Source: a virus
Length of the DNA stretch: 64,000 nucleotides
Strand: one strand, 5' to 3'
IMG/VR virus record: IMGVR_UViG_3300028883_000033
Coordinates: 64,001-128,000 of that record
Shown: positions 21,383 to 30,497 of the stretch, piece after piece
How the letters are laid out: every line of letters starts with the position of its first letter
Numbering within the stretch: the first letter of the stretch is position 1
Translations under genes and position numbers: made by a program
Notes under the pieces: model-generated
Database searches by the model: none
The model's input: the letters and a program-made list of their open reading frames with translations, nothing else
Told to the model about the DNA's origin: nothing

Positions 21383-21776
21383 CTACACGTCCCTGCTGCT
21401 CTGCAGCTAATTCTGCTTCATTCTTCCATTCCGGTATCCACCACCCTGTTCGGTGTTCGATCCATTGAGTAAACAGGTGTCGGTGACAGAAATCGCGAGG
21501 CGATTCGTAGCAAAGAAAGAACGTGGGGTCTGGAGTACTATTCAGCCAAGAGATCAGTTTATCTGAATCGTAATTGAGGTTGGTAAGAAGTTTAAAGTAC
21601 AACCTTGTATATTCTTGATGATCAATTTTTCCTTCACGTAGGTTCATTATCATGTCCCACGTGGGAGCAAACTCCGGCATATGCTCGCCTTGAAACCAGT
21701 CAGGTGGTTTGCGACTAATTGAAATTGCATTGGGGTGTGACCCCTTCCGGGCATAATTTGAAGTGTATATTGCCAT
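21360..21776 (-). CDS. DUF488-family protein
   Basis: IYTS.Y, ISISR..P.W, FAPTW, LCYE...FCHRH motifs. Confidence 0.75.
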   Translation of the reverse strand: MAIYTSNYARKGSHPNAISISRKPPDWFQGEHMPEFAPTWDMIMNLREGKIDHQEYTRLYFKLLTNLNYDSDKLISWLNSTPDPTFFLCYESPRDFCHRHLFTQWIEHRTGWWIPEWKNEAELAAEQQGRVVDDLLDF

Positions 21777-24451
21777 CAGAAATCCAATAAATCATCCACC
21801 AGTAATTCTTGTCGGGACGGTGCCTTTTTTCCAATTGCCCTGAAAATGTTGTTCAGGGGATTATCGACGAGGCGCTGTATATGTGCATCACGGTCGATAG
21901 TGTACTTCTCTAAGAACCATTCAGGCACTTGTTCAATATCAACAGGAATGGCGATGCTCTTGAACTTACCATACTTCTGAGTCAGGTAGAAGACCTTGAT
22001 CTTCATCCCTGTCATAATTCGCATGCTCTCTTTATCGCCATATTCATCCAGACATTGGTTATAAAAGATTGATGCAGCTACATGCCCGGGTAACCGAGTA
22101 CCTTCGCCGTGGATCTTATACTCTTGCGTGTAGTGTTCAACTTTCTTAACGCCCTTTGGAAGTCCAATGGACATTACGTCATCAGTAGTTTTAATTGAGT
22201 CTTTATAGTCGACAATATCTTTAGCAATATCATCCCACTGATCGCCTTTCAGGTACCGTTCAACAAATCCGTTGAGCACTTTCGATACTTCTTTTGGAAG
22301 GGTGGTTTTCTTGGTGTCAAGACCCATTACCTTCATCTTGTCAACTTTATCGCCTTCGTTGTCGACGATATGTAAGATGTATCGTTTCTTATCCACAAAG
22401 ATGCCACGATCGGATACGATCTCACGACCACAGGCAATCTTGTCGTTGAATCCTTCAGTACTAAGGAATGTGTCTTCCATGAACCCCTGAAACGAATCGC
22501 TAACAAGCTCACCAACTTTATCAGCAAATTTTACTGCTTCGTCAATGTTCTCGGCGCGTGTAACAAAATAGCTGGAATCGGTATCGCCGTATACGACAGA
22601 CCATTTATCAGAATAACCAAAATGATCACGACCCTCATCGTCTTTAACATGAACGTCGGGTAGTGTGTATTCCCCATCAAGAATTTCACATGCCTTGGCG
22701 CACTGATGCAGAAGAATCATTCGTCCTGTGCCAGTAGTACTCTCTCCCATTCGCAGATCATAGAATCGGAAATACGCGTTTGTTAGAGCGCCGTAGAATG
22801 AGTTTAACTTGATCTTGTATACGTACTGGAGCTTATCATAATATGTTGCTTTAACTTTATCACCAGCTTCTTTTGCTTCGGCTTTCAGCCGCTGATATTT
22901 TTTGCGGGTAGCATACCAGTCTTCCAGGATCTTAGGAATAATTCCTTGCTTTTCTTGGCTGAACACTGTTCCATATCCACTAACAGCCCAGCCTTTCTCG
23001 ATGAACGTGTCACGCCACTCATCTGCAGTTGCTGTTATGGTTTGTCCTCGTAATCTTGGAGGAACTTGTGTCGCGTCATCAAACGTACACGTTAATGCAG
23101 CAGCGGATCCCTTTGCTATTTCTTCGCACGCTTTGATTCGCTCATCAAACTGACCCATTAATGTTTCCGGACTGATGTTGATAGCGCGAATAGCGGAAGG
23201 GTATAGAGAGTTGATGTCGATTGAACCTACATTCTCATGTAGACCAATCTGTGGTAGCAATACGAATGCGCCTTGGATACTCCCAGAGTCTTCAGACTTA
23301 TGGAAGTCGTTTACTATCAAACCACCTAGTTCATGATGGCAGTAGTTGACGGCAGCATATTCAGCGAGCTTCAGGGTTCCTGTGACGTACTTCCAGACGC
23401 CAGTAGATAGATGCATCATTTGGTTAGCAAGTTCAACATATCCTAGACGTTCTTCGAGACCCTGTAGGATCTCAGTATCACGGATGTTGTACCGAACGAA
23501 CCATGCAAAGTTATCGCGGTATAGTTTGGCTAATGACCCTTCATATTCCAACTTAGGTAAGTCGGTTAACATTTCATCGGCAATAGCTTCCAACTTGTAT
23601 GATGGGCGTTCAGCCATTTCATACTTACGAAACAGTACCATATAGTCAGCAGCAATACGTCCAAACGTATCGAGGGTGACGTTGATGTTACCCATCACCT
23701 CAACTTCGCGGAATTTTGGATCGGGTGCACCAGGGAACGACATCTTGCGGAAATACTTCTTGCCGAGTCTAAGCAATCGTTTTGCGATGTATGGGTGGTC
23801 AAAGAAGTCTGAGTTCCAACCACATATTACATCACTGTCCTCAATCTCATCGATCAAGTACATCAGCAGCTCTGTTTCATTTGCACAGAAGATAATCTCA
23901 AGCTCCATATCCGGAGGGAGCTTGGCTATGCTGTGCATCTGCTGAACGAAATCCTCAGGGGCTTCCCCCGCTTCCCAAGTATCGTCTGTTGGGTTCATTG
24001 TTGCAAGGTTTGGAGGAATTGCAAGAACAACATACTTGCGTTTCCACATATGCACCAATGCCACTGAGTTGATCACTGCATATGGATTTTGTATTGAAGC
24101 GAATCCGATTTCGGGTGAGTAATCCACCTCGATATCGAGAAATGTCATGTTTAACTTTGGTGCAGGAACGTTGTAGTAGTGCTCGGATAGCACTTTCATT
24201 TCCATTGGGATGTCAGATTCGAAAAGCTCAATGCCATCTGACTCAAGCCGCTCACGAGCTTGTTGGAATGTTCTTGTATCAGGAAACTCGTGACGTTTTA
24301 ACTTATCGCCATACATGCTGGTGTATGGTCCGTCGGGATCGCGGGTGTAGAAGTAATATGGAGCTCGAAATGTTTTCAGCTCTCTACCTTGATCGGTACG
24401 CTCCCAAACGAGAACGTCGTCTCTTATTCTTACGGCGTCTATGTAACTCAT
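21776..24451 (-). CDS. gp43: DNA polymerase family B (T4 gp43-like)
   Basis: ExoI DIEV, ExoII WNS.FFD, ExoIII YN..D; Pol motifs DINSLYPS, KIKLNSFYG, YGDTDS. Confidence 0.95.
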   Translation of the reverse strand: MSYIDAVRIRDDVLVWERTDQGRELKTFRAPYYFYTRDPDGPYTSMYGDKLKRHEFPDTRTFQQARERLESDGIELFESDIPMEMKVLSEHYYNVPAPKLNMTFLDIEVDYSPEIGFASIQNPYAVINSVALVHMWKRKYVVLAIPPNLATMNPTDDTWEAGEAPEDFVQQMHSIAKLPPDMELEIIFCANETELLMYLIDEIEDSDVICGWNSDFFDHPYIAKRLLRLGKKYFRKMSFPGAPDPKFREVEVMGNINVTLDTFGRIAADYMVLFRKYEMAERPSYKLEAIADEMLTDLPKLEYEGSLAKLYRDNFAWFVRYNIRDTEILQGLEERLGYVELANQMMHLSTGVWKYVTGTLKLAEYAAVNYCHHELGGLIVNDFHKSEDSGSIQGAFVLLPQIGLHENVGSIDINSLYPSAIRAINISPETLMGQFDERIKACEEIAKGSAAALTCTFDDATQVPPRLRGQTITATADEWRDTFIEKGWAVSGYGTVFSQEKQGIIPKILEDWYATRKKYQRLKAEAKEAGDKVKATYYDKLQYVYKIKLNSFYGALTNAYFRFYDLRMGESTTGTGRMILLHQCAKACEILDGEYTLPDVHVKDDEGRDHFGYSDKWSVVYGDTDSSYFVTRAENIDEAVKFADKVGELVSDSFQGFMEDTFLSTEGFNDKIACGREIVSDRGIFVDKKRYILHIVDNEGDKVDKMKVMGLDTKKTTLPKEVSKVLNGFVERYLKGDQWDDIAKDIVDYKDSIKTTDDVMSIGLPKGVKKVEHYTQEYKIHGEGTRLPGHVAASIFYNQCLDEYGDKESMRIMTGMKIKVFYLTQKYGKFKSIAIPVDIEQVPEWFLEKYTIDRDAHIQRLVDNPLNNIFRAIGKKAPSRQELLVDDLLDF

Positions 24452-24456
24452 GAATA

Positions 24457-24633
24457 TTAATGCATACTATCTTCGTCTGGATCAATCAACAGCAGTTCCA
24501 GACGAGCTTTATAATCCTCAACGATCTGCGAGAGGGTTTTTATTATTTCTCGTTGCTCGAGGTAGAGCTCGGCCCATAGTTCGGGATCGAGCTCCATATC
24601 CTCGGCAATCTCTTCCTTTGTTTGTGCTACCAT
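24457..24633 (-). CDS. Small acidic hypothetical protein (58 aa, not in ORF track)
   Basis: MVAQTKEEIAEDMELDPELWAELYLEQREIIKTL...; fills the groES-pol gap almost exactly. Confidence 0.6.
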   Translation of the reverse strand: MVAQTKEEIAEDMELDPELWAELYLEQREIIKTLSQIVEDYKARLELLLIDPDEDSMH

Positions 24634-24634
24634 A

Positions 24635-24916
24635 TCAGCCGTGAATGGCGAGAATTGCTTCTTCAGTTAGCACTAATAACTTCTCACCATCAACCTCAAT
24701 CTCTTCAGCATTAGCACTCATGTATGACACATGCTCACCAACTGCAATGGTTACAGGTGTGAACTTGCCTTTATCGTCATACTTGCCAGGACCGACATGA
24801 GTGATTGTTCCTGTGGATACTTTATCGGGAGTGACTAAAGCAATGCCACCTTTAGATTCGGTGGCTTCTTTATCAGGACGAATAGCGATTCTATCAGCTA
24901 GTAAACGCAAGCCCAT
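24635..24916 (-). CDS. groES: Co-chaperonin GroES
   Basis: L..L.DRI.I, mobile loop TESKGGI.L, VGPG, VG..V, E...DGE..L...E..ILA. Confidence 0.9.
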   Translation of the reverse strand: MGLRLLADRIAIRPDKEATESKGGIALVTPDKVSTGTITHVGPGKYDDKGKFTPVTIAVGEHVSYMSANAEEIEVDGEKLLVLTEEAILAIHG

Positions 24917-24917
24917 C

Positions 24918-25214
24918 TTACGCAGCCTCGGAGTCGTTGGTCTTGCGACCCTCCACTACACTCTCGTACAGGAATTCGAAATGTTCATTTTCAGCCTGAA
25001 CGTCAGCATAGTTGTGCTTATACATCGTGGAAGCGAGTTTGCGAGTAACTTTTGCTTTGATCTCGAACTCTTCCTCAACCATCTTGGTGATGTCTTTGAT
25101 GTGCTCACGCTCATCGTCCATGCGCTGCATGCATGCAGTGATCTCAGCGAGCGCCTGCTTAAACTTCTGGCGGTCTTTGTCGTTTGTTGGAATTGGTAGG
25201 TGATGATCTGACAT
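24918..25214 (-). CDS. T4 DsbA-like dsDNA-binding protein
   Basis: E.IKDI....EEFEI..K..RKLA..MYK.NY......E.FE.LYE pattern. Confidence 0.75.
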   Translation of the reverse strand: MSDHHLPIPTNDKDRQKFKQALAEITACMQRMDDEREHIKDITKMVEEEFEIKAKVTRKLASTMYKHNYADVQAENEHFEFLYESVVEGRKTNDSEAA

Positions 25215-25241
25215 TTTTATTATTCTCCGTGTTGTTATACG

Positions 25242-25907
25242 TCATTTGTAGAATATGTGATCGTCAATTTGAGCAACCATTTCGTAGTCATCGCTCCAGT
25301 ACGGTGTCACATAATCAGCATGATAGTGAGTAGCACCTTCCGTGAAGTCGATGAAATTGTCAAGGGTGGCCCCGGCAAGCATAGCCTCCGCAATCTTGTA
25401 AATTTCCTCATATGCAGCTTTGTTGGCGATTTTGTCTGATTTGCCGTCAAGAGTCCAGGAAAAGTGTGCTGTCATTTTTCCTGTTTTTTTGCTACGTGCT
25501 TGGAACCAAACAACCTCACATATGCTATCTTTGAAGTGTTTGCTCTTGACGCGGTTGATGGTCGTTAGTCCAATTCCAACCTTGCCCTGCATGGACTGAT
25601 TCCGGCCCTCGAAGTATATGTTGTCTGCGAGACATTTGACCTCATCTTTTAGACTATCATATTTCCAACGCGATGCCTCAATAGGCACAGGTTCCCCGAA
25701 TGAGCCAGGCATATATGGGTGGACTTTGGGGTTGTCTGGAATTGGAACGATAATCATCGTCGGAGGACCAGCTGGTGGTGCTGAAACAGCAACAGCAATG
25801 CCGAACACGAAACCAACGAACATGAAAGCCAAAGCTACTAGGCTAGCCAATGTCCATTTAAGAGGACGTGAAAGAATCTCGTACCTGATTACAGGGGTCT
25901 TCACCAT
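25242..25907 (-). CDS. SleB/CwlJ-like cell wall hydrolase (Hydrolase_2) with N-terminal TM
   Basis: CLADNIYFEGR, INRV, ICEVV, FSW, GATHYHA.YV.PYW, I.DHIFY. Confidence 0.9.
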   Translation of the reverse strand: MVKTPVIRYEILSRPLKWTLASLVALAFMFVGFVFGIAVAVSAPPAGPPTMIIVPIPDNPKVHPYMPGSFGEPVPIEASRWKYDSLKDEVKCLADNIYFEGRNQSMQGKVGIGLTTINRVKSKHFKDSICEVVWFQARSKKTGKMTAHFSWTLDGKSDKIANKAAYEEIYKIAEAMLAGATLDNFIDFTEGATHYHADYVTPYWSDDYEMVAQIDDHIFYK

Positions 25908-25934
25908 AGGGGGTCTCCGTCAATATCGGGCCCT

Positions 25935-25963
25935 ATTATCCCACGACCCTAATTAAAGTTCAA
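25935..25963 (-). promoter_or_regulatory. Sigma70-like promoter
   Basis: TTGAAC-17-GATAAT upstream of the hydrolase gene. Confidence 0.6.
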
Positions 25964-25967
25964 CTAC

Positions 25968-26588
25968 TTATAGGCCCTTAAACCACGAGTGGTAATCGCC
26001 AGGAAATTGCGAAGGATCATAAAGATACGGCAGTTTTGTTGCCATGTGGATACGTGCTTGGAACAGGTCGCCGGAAAGGACCGTCGTTGACGCATTAATA
26101 AAATGAGGTCCACTTGGATATACGATCAGAGTTCCACGTTGGGGGTTGAACCCAAAACCGTGCTGTGGAAATTCCAACTTCCCGCCATAACACTCATATT
26201 CGCTATCGAATGGTGGGTTGTCGTTATAGTCGCTAAGAAACAACACGCCAGTAATGTCACGATCTTTTGTTCGTACCCACTTCTTGCGAAGATAATCACT
26301 ATTCTCGCAAATTGGTTCGGCAGCGACACCAGCGGCAAAGTATTCGAATTGAATCGTTTCAGTTGCTCGGTACTCCGCCCCGTAATATTCCATCAGGTTA
26401 GGAATCAAAGGTTGCAGCCGATTGAAAACAGTCATTTCTGACTCTTCTCGATATCGGTACATTTTTACTGGATTACCATCCCGATCAAAGTCGGGTGAAT
26501 AAAAATCGAGGTCATCCACGATCTTCTCACACTGTTTGGGTGAGAGAAAGTTTTGAATGACATAAAAGGGGGATTTAGCTACTGCCAT
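25968..26588 (-). CDS. 2OG-Fe(II) oxygenase-fold protein, probably catalytically degenerate
   Basis: NFLS..QC, R.IT.VLFL.D, GG.L.FP, P..GTLIVYPS framework; HxD and distal His not retained. Confidence 0.75.
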   Translation of the reverse strand: MAVAKSPFYVIQNFLSPKQCEKIVDDLDFYSPDFDRDGNPVKMYRYREESEMTVFNRLQPLIPNLMEYYGAEYRATETIQFEYFAAGVAAEPICENSDYLRKKWVRTKDRDITGVLFLSDYNDNPPFDSEYECYGGKLEFPQHGFGFNPQRGTLIVYPSGPHFINASTTVLSGDLFQARIHMATKLPYLYDPSQFPGDYHSWFKGL

Positions 26589-26830
26589 TAGTCTGTGAAT
26601 ATCTCTGGCAAACGACCATAACGATCAGAACGATAGTCATGGTCGTTTGCGTGGTTTTCTAAACTAAACCTAATGATAGACAGACGTCCGAGTTCGCGTG
26701 CGAGCTCGTCCGCTATTTCTTCTTGATTCTTTGTCTGTGCTTCTTTCAGTTGTCGTTTGACTAAGTCTTCACGGCATCTAACAGAGTAGATCAAATCCTC
26801 TACTTCTAGTGCGCTGTTTGGTGTGTACAT
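26588..26830 (-). CDS. Hypothetical protein
   Basis: 80 aa, tightly coupled to both neighbours. Confidence 0.6.
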   Translation of the reverse strand: MYTPNSALEVEDLIYSVRCREDLVKRQLKEAQTKNQEEIADELARELGRLSIIRFSLENHANDHDYRSDRYGRLPEIFTD

Positions 26831-26831
26831 T

Positions 26832-27773
26832 TTAGTACGTCAATTCCTCAAATCTTTCTACTGCTTTCGTGCGAACGTGTCTGAACAGATCGCTTATGGT
26901 TATATTGGCGTTATCCAGAGCTTCATACAATTTTGCTACTTCCTCTGGATCAGGACCATTCCCCAAATCAATCTGCGGGGAGACGTCCTCAACGAGCGAC
27001 ATGATAATATCATCTGTAATTTCAGACAACTCTTCATCTGTTAGCCACTCTTCATCTTCTTTGATTCCGTCCTGTTTTGGGTTGACTAAGAAATTTGTTT
27101 TCTCGAGAACATTCTGACCTATCAGAACAGGATACTCCATCTCCGAACGATCATTAAGGTTAAACAATGCCTTGGTGACACGTTTTCCGTTTATTTCAAT
27201 GTCAAGCTCAATAACCGGACGATACTCGGTTCCACCATCAGCTGACGACACAGCTTGCTGATCGACTAAGCGTGCTTGAATAGCATTTGGAGAAGCGTTG
27301 CGGTTAAAAAATTGAACCACCTGGCCGACAATCTTCGGAGTTCCGTCAACATGCAAAGAGCTAATTTCCGCTCCAGTATCCACTTTGCCTTTCAGAGCAA
27401 TGACACCTGAAGGAAGCGCAATCTTGAGGAGAGCGACATCACCGATAGTTTCCACTTGTTCGTACATAACCTTCCCGCGCGCAACGGACGTGGTTCGGAC
27501 GTCGTATGGCATTAAAGTCAAACCATCGGAAGTACCCCACAACATCACAATCCACTGCTGAAGGTCTTGCTTCAATGCATCTTCTTTGTTTGTTGCTGCG
27601 GTTGTGTAAATTACATATGGATTCCTACCATCACGAACGGCTTCAGCAAAATCCCATGAAGATGATCTGATATAAGTGTAATGAATTCCACCGATCATGA
27701 AGTCTTTTGGGTACTTAAACTCCCCAGAAGCCCAAGCCGATCGTAGTTCTTGTAAGTCAGCATATTCATTCAT
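26832..27773 (-). CDS. Retropepsin-like aspartic protease (RimK-associated type) with N-terminal extra domain
   Basis: GKVDTGAEISSLH, E.RPVI, FNL.DRS.M.YPVLIG motifs; acidic tail. Confidence 0.8.
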   Translation of the reverse strand: MNEYADLQELRSAWASGEFKYPKDFMIGGIHYTYIRSSSWDFAEAVRDGRNPYVIYTTAATNKEDALKQDLQQWIVMLWGTSDGLTLMPYDVRTTSVARGKVMYEQVETIGDVALLKIALPSGVIALKGKVDTGAEISSLHVDGTPKIVGQVVQFFNRNASPNAIQARLVDQQAVSSADGGTEYRPVIELDIEINGKRVTKALFNLNDRSEMEYPVLIGQNVLEKTNFLVNPKQDGIKEDEEWLTDEELSEITDDIIMSLVEDVSPQIDLGNGPDPEEVAKLYEALDNANITISDLFRHVRTKAVERFEELTY

Positions 27774-28438
27774 TTTTGGTGTGCCTTTTCGTATTCTCTA
27801 ACGCGTTCCAGTAACGGTTTTACGTATTTATCAATCTTTTCTCTGAAAACCAGCGGAACCATACCTTTCTCAACAGTCATTAGAATAACAACATCTTCTA
27901 TTGGCTCACCAGTTAATTCGTGCCACATAATAGCGTAAGCAGTGGTTTGTAGGAAATAATCTTCGATCATGTCCTTATCTTTGTTGTTATTTGACGTTTT
28001 GAAATCAATGATTGCTAAAGTTCCGTCGTATTCACCGATACAGTCAACGCGACCAGCCACTCGCAGTTTATCACTCCAAAGAGCGATTTCTTGGGCGCGA
28101 ATGTTATCAATGTGATTCACTCGCATCTTTAGCTGGTTGAACCCACGAACGTGTTCCTGTGCGTATCCTTTTGTGAAATCATCCTCGTTATTGAGGTAGC
28201 GCTCGATCATCTCATGGATTGCAGTTCCACGATCTGCGCAGCGTTTCTGCTCTTTGGCGGCTTTATCTGGGCCCAGCATATTTTGCCACTCTTTAAGCCA
28301 CGGCTTTTCTTTATGGCCAAGGACGGTGGTAATTGAAGGGTATACAATACCTTCAGGAGTCGTATAGTGTCGGACGCCCGTGGGTGAAGTATTAGACTTT
28401 AAGTCAGGTAAGTTAGGTGCACCTTGGTGTATAAACAT
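27770..28438 (-). CDS. PD-(D/E)XK exonuclease
   Basis: YPSITTVL, RGT.IH..IE, AGRVD, IIDFKTS, Q..AYA; no Fe-S cysteines. Confidence 0.85.
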   Translation of the reverse strand: MFIHQGAPNLPDLKSNTSPTGVRHYTTPEGIVYPSITTVLGHKEKPWLKEWQNMLGPDKAAKEQKRCADRGTAIHEMIERYLNNEDDFTKGYAQEHVRGFNQLKMRVNHIDNIRAQEIALWSDKLRVAGRVDCIGEYDGTLAIIDFKTSNNNKDKDMIEDYFLQTTAYAIMWHELTGEPIEDVVILMTVEKGMVPLVFREKIDKYVKPLLERVREYEKAHQK

Positions 28439-28446
28439 AGCAGAAG

Positions 28447-28477
28447 TATTTATACACAAAAATTACACAAAATTCAA
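28447..28477 (-). promoter_or_regulatory. Composite sigma70/late promoter
   Basis: TTGAAT-17-TATAAA(TA). Confidence 0.7.
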
Positions 28478-28480
28478 CGG

Positions 28481-28744
28481 TTAGTCGAATTTTCCGCCTT
28501 CGTATTCATACCCCATTACAAGGTCACTAAGGTGTTGATATACTATGGATTTTGCGTGCTCTTTGCCGGCAATTTGAGATAGGCGGTCTATAGTTGCTGC
28601 CACCACATGATCAATATCATTGAATTGGCGTTCTTTCGCCTGCTGAATTTGCTTATTAGTGTCGGAAATCTGCTGTTCGTGCTTCTTATGACGAAACGCG
28701 CCGATATCTGTAACGTCAGCTTCGGTGATATCTCTGAATCTCAT
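28481..28744 (-). CDS. Putative internal head protein
   Basis: N-terminal MRFRDITE resembles a T4 capsid-targeting sequence. Confidence 0.5.
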   Translation of the reverse strand: MRFRDITEADVTDIGAFRHKKHEQQISDTNKQIQQAKERQFNDIDHVVAATIDRLSQIAGKEHAKSIVYQHLSDLVMGYEYEGGKFD

Positions 28745-29073
28745 TACGCTTTTCCGGACAGGCGTTTGTTCATCTTTGCTACTAACCGTGAGATGGACTT
28801 ACGCTTCGTGATACCAGCTTTGCGTTTGATCGTACCTTTCTTTGACCGCATGACTTTACGGCCGCGACGCACGTTCTTAGGATCTTTACGAGTAGCGCAC
28901 TTTCCAGGTTCGGAAACGAGTTTGCCAGCCTTTGGGCCACCTACGCAACGGTACCGCTTTTTAATTTCATTACCAACGCGCTTGAACTGACGTTTTGCTG
29001 CTTCGTTGAGAATGTTGCCATCCTCATCTAACCAAACTTCTTCGCATTCATTAATTACTTCAAACAGTTTCAT
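28744..29073 (-). CDS. Basic prohead core-like protein
   Basis: MKLFEVINE leader; K/R-rich body with YRC.GGP..G..V..P..C. Confidence 0.55.
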   Translation of the reverse strand: MKLFEVINECEEVWLDEDGNILNEAAKRQFKRVGNEIKKRYRCVGGPKAGKLVSEPGKCATRKDPKNVRRGRKVMRSKKGTIKRKAGITKRKSISRLVAKMNKRLSGKA

Positions 29074-29326
29074 CTTGCTGATCTCCAGCCATCAGTTCCT
29101 TGATGCGGCGTTGGATGTCTGCTTTCGCGCGTGGGTCGGCTGTGTTTTGAAGTCGCTTACGCAAAGCCATCATTTGCTTACGTTTTGCCATTTCAGGATT
29201 GTTGCGCTTCAGTTGAGCCAGACGACGCATTTCCATTGACTGTTTCTCCATTTCTTCTGGAGGCATATCTTCTGGATCGTTCTGATCGGGAGCGCCTTCA
29301 ATCAAATATTGTTTGAACGTTAACAT
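29060..29326 (-). CDS. Putative internal head protein
   Basis: MLTFKQYLIE closely matches the T4 internal-protein leader (MKTYQEFIAE). Confidence 0.55.
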   Translation of the reverse strand: MLTFKQYLIEGAPDQNDPEDMPPEEMEKQSMEMRRLAQLKRNNPEMAKRKQMMALRKRLQNTADPRAKADIQRRIKELMAGDQQDETV

Positions 29327-30459
29327 TATCGAATACTTCCTTGTAGTCTGCGGATTAACTCATCGGCCAATGATTGGACGGAAATTGGCTGTGTCTGCTG
29401 AGCCTGATTAGCTTCGCGTTCCTGTCGAACAGTTTCCTCTTCTTCAGCCATTTTGACCTCAGCTGATTGAGCCTGGTCATGCTTCCACTTGGCAAGTTGT
29501 GCTAAGCGTTTGGCTTCCTCTTCTTCAGCCTTCTTTTGCTCGTTATATGCTTCCATATCGAGCACTTGTTCTTCTTGTTTGACTTTATTAGCAGCGGCGT
29601 TTGCGTTTGCTTCAGCGGCGCGTGCTTCAGCTTCCTTAGCGCGTGCTTCGGATTCTGCCTTGCGTGCTTCTGCATCTGCTTTTAGCATGTCGATAACTTG
29701 TTGCAGAGCAGACTCAGTTCCGCCTTCGGGTTCCATTTCCATATCACCCTCGCCTTCCATGTCACCACCTTCGAGATCACCAAGGTCTTCCATGTCACCG
29801 CCTTCCATGTCGCCTTCGGCTCCACCTTCATCGCCACCAACAGCATCCATGAAGCTATCGCCGCCTTCCATGTCGCCTTCGGCTCCACCTTCAAGCTCTT
29901 GCTCTTCTTCTTCGTCGCCTTCGATTTGTGGCCATTCGACATCAACAATGTCAAACTTATCTTTCAACTGGAAGAGAACTTCAGCGATCTCAACTCCTTC
30001 AAGAGCACCATCCTCATCCTCATCAGCGTCTTCGCCAGCTAGCATGGATGCTAGAGTGCTTTCGAATTCATCCGCTTGTTCGGCACGAACGTAAACTTTT
30101 ACGAGGTTGCCGTCTTCGTCTTCCATACCAAAAGGAACAGTGTCGTCTTCTGCTTTTACGCGGCTTTCGGCATCTTTGAGTTTGGAGATGACGTCAGCTG
30201 GATCAAAAGTCGTTTCTTCGCGCTGGCCTTTACCCATTTCCATCATTTCGCCGATCACGCGCCAGCTCCAAGCGTTCTTGTGCTTTGGCAGAGTAACTTC
30301 GGCTGGGTCGAGGCGGTACGCCTCTTTGACTTTCTTCCTTTTCTTATTGCGCTGAACGACACCACCGCCAAAAAGCGAGCCGTGAGTGGCTGCAACCGCA
30401 CCTGCGCTTGTAGCACCAGCAGCGGCCATTTCTTTTAATAGATCCTGAAGTAAAGACAT
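29326..30459 (-). CDS. Acidic coiled-coil scaffold/core-like protein
   Basis: MSLLQDLLKE leader; E/D/G-rich GGDME repeats; long coiled coil; late promoter upstream. Confidence 0.55.
   Translation of the reverse strand: MSLLQDLLKEMAAAGATSAGAVAATHGSLFGGGVVQRNKKRKKVKEAYRLDPAEVTLPKHKNAWSWRVIGEMMEMGKGQREETTFDPADVISKLKDAESRVKAEDDTVPFGMEDEDGNLVKVYVRAEQADEFESTLASMLAGEDADEDEDGALEGVEIAEVLFQLKDKFDIVDVEWPQIEGDEEEEQELEGGAEGDMEGGDSFMDAVGGDEGGAEGDMEGGDMEDLGDLEGGDMEGEGDMEMEPEGGTESALQQVIDMLKADAEARKAESEARAKEAEARAAEANANAAANKVKQEEQVLDMEAYNEQKKAEEEEAKRLAQLAKWKHDQAQSAEVKMAEEEETVRQEREANQAQQTQPISVQSLADELIRRLQGSIR
29798..29893. repeat. 33-bp exact intragenic direct repeat
   Basis: CCGCCTTCCATGTCGCCTTCGGCTCCACCTTCA at 29798-29830 and 29861-29893, encoding EGGAEGDMEGG. 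Confidence 0.9.
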
Positions 30460-30491
30460 AGCATTTTCCCTTTGTATTAACGCTTTAGCGT

Positions 30492-30497
30492 TATTTA
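30492..30497 (-). promoter_or_regulatory. Late promoter TAAATA
   Basis: Heads the 30459-28481 head-protein operon. Confidence 0.6.

Noticed and set aside
24450-24644. + strand 64-aa ORF
   Set aside because: The - strand 58-aa ORF (24457-24633) fits the operon orientation and spacing better.
27770-28438. Cas4 / CRISPR association
   Set aside because: It lacks the four Fe-S cysteines, and I saw no repeat-spacer array anywhere in the window.
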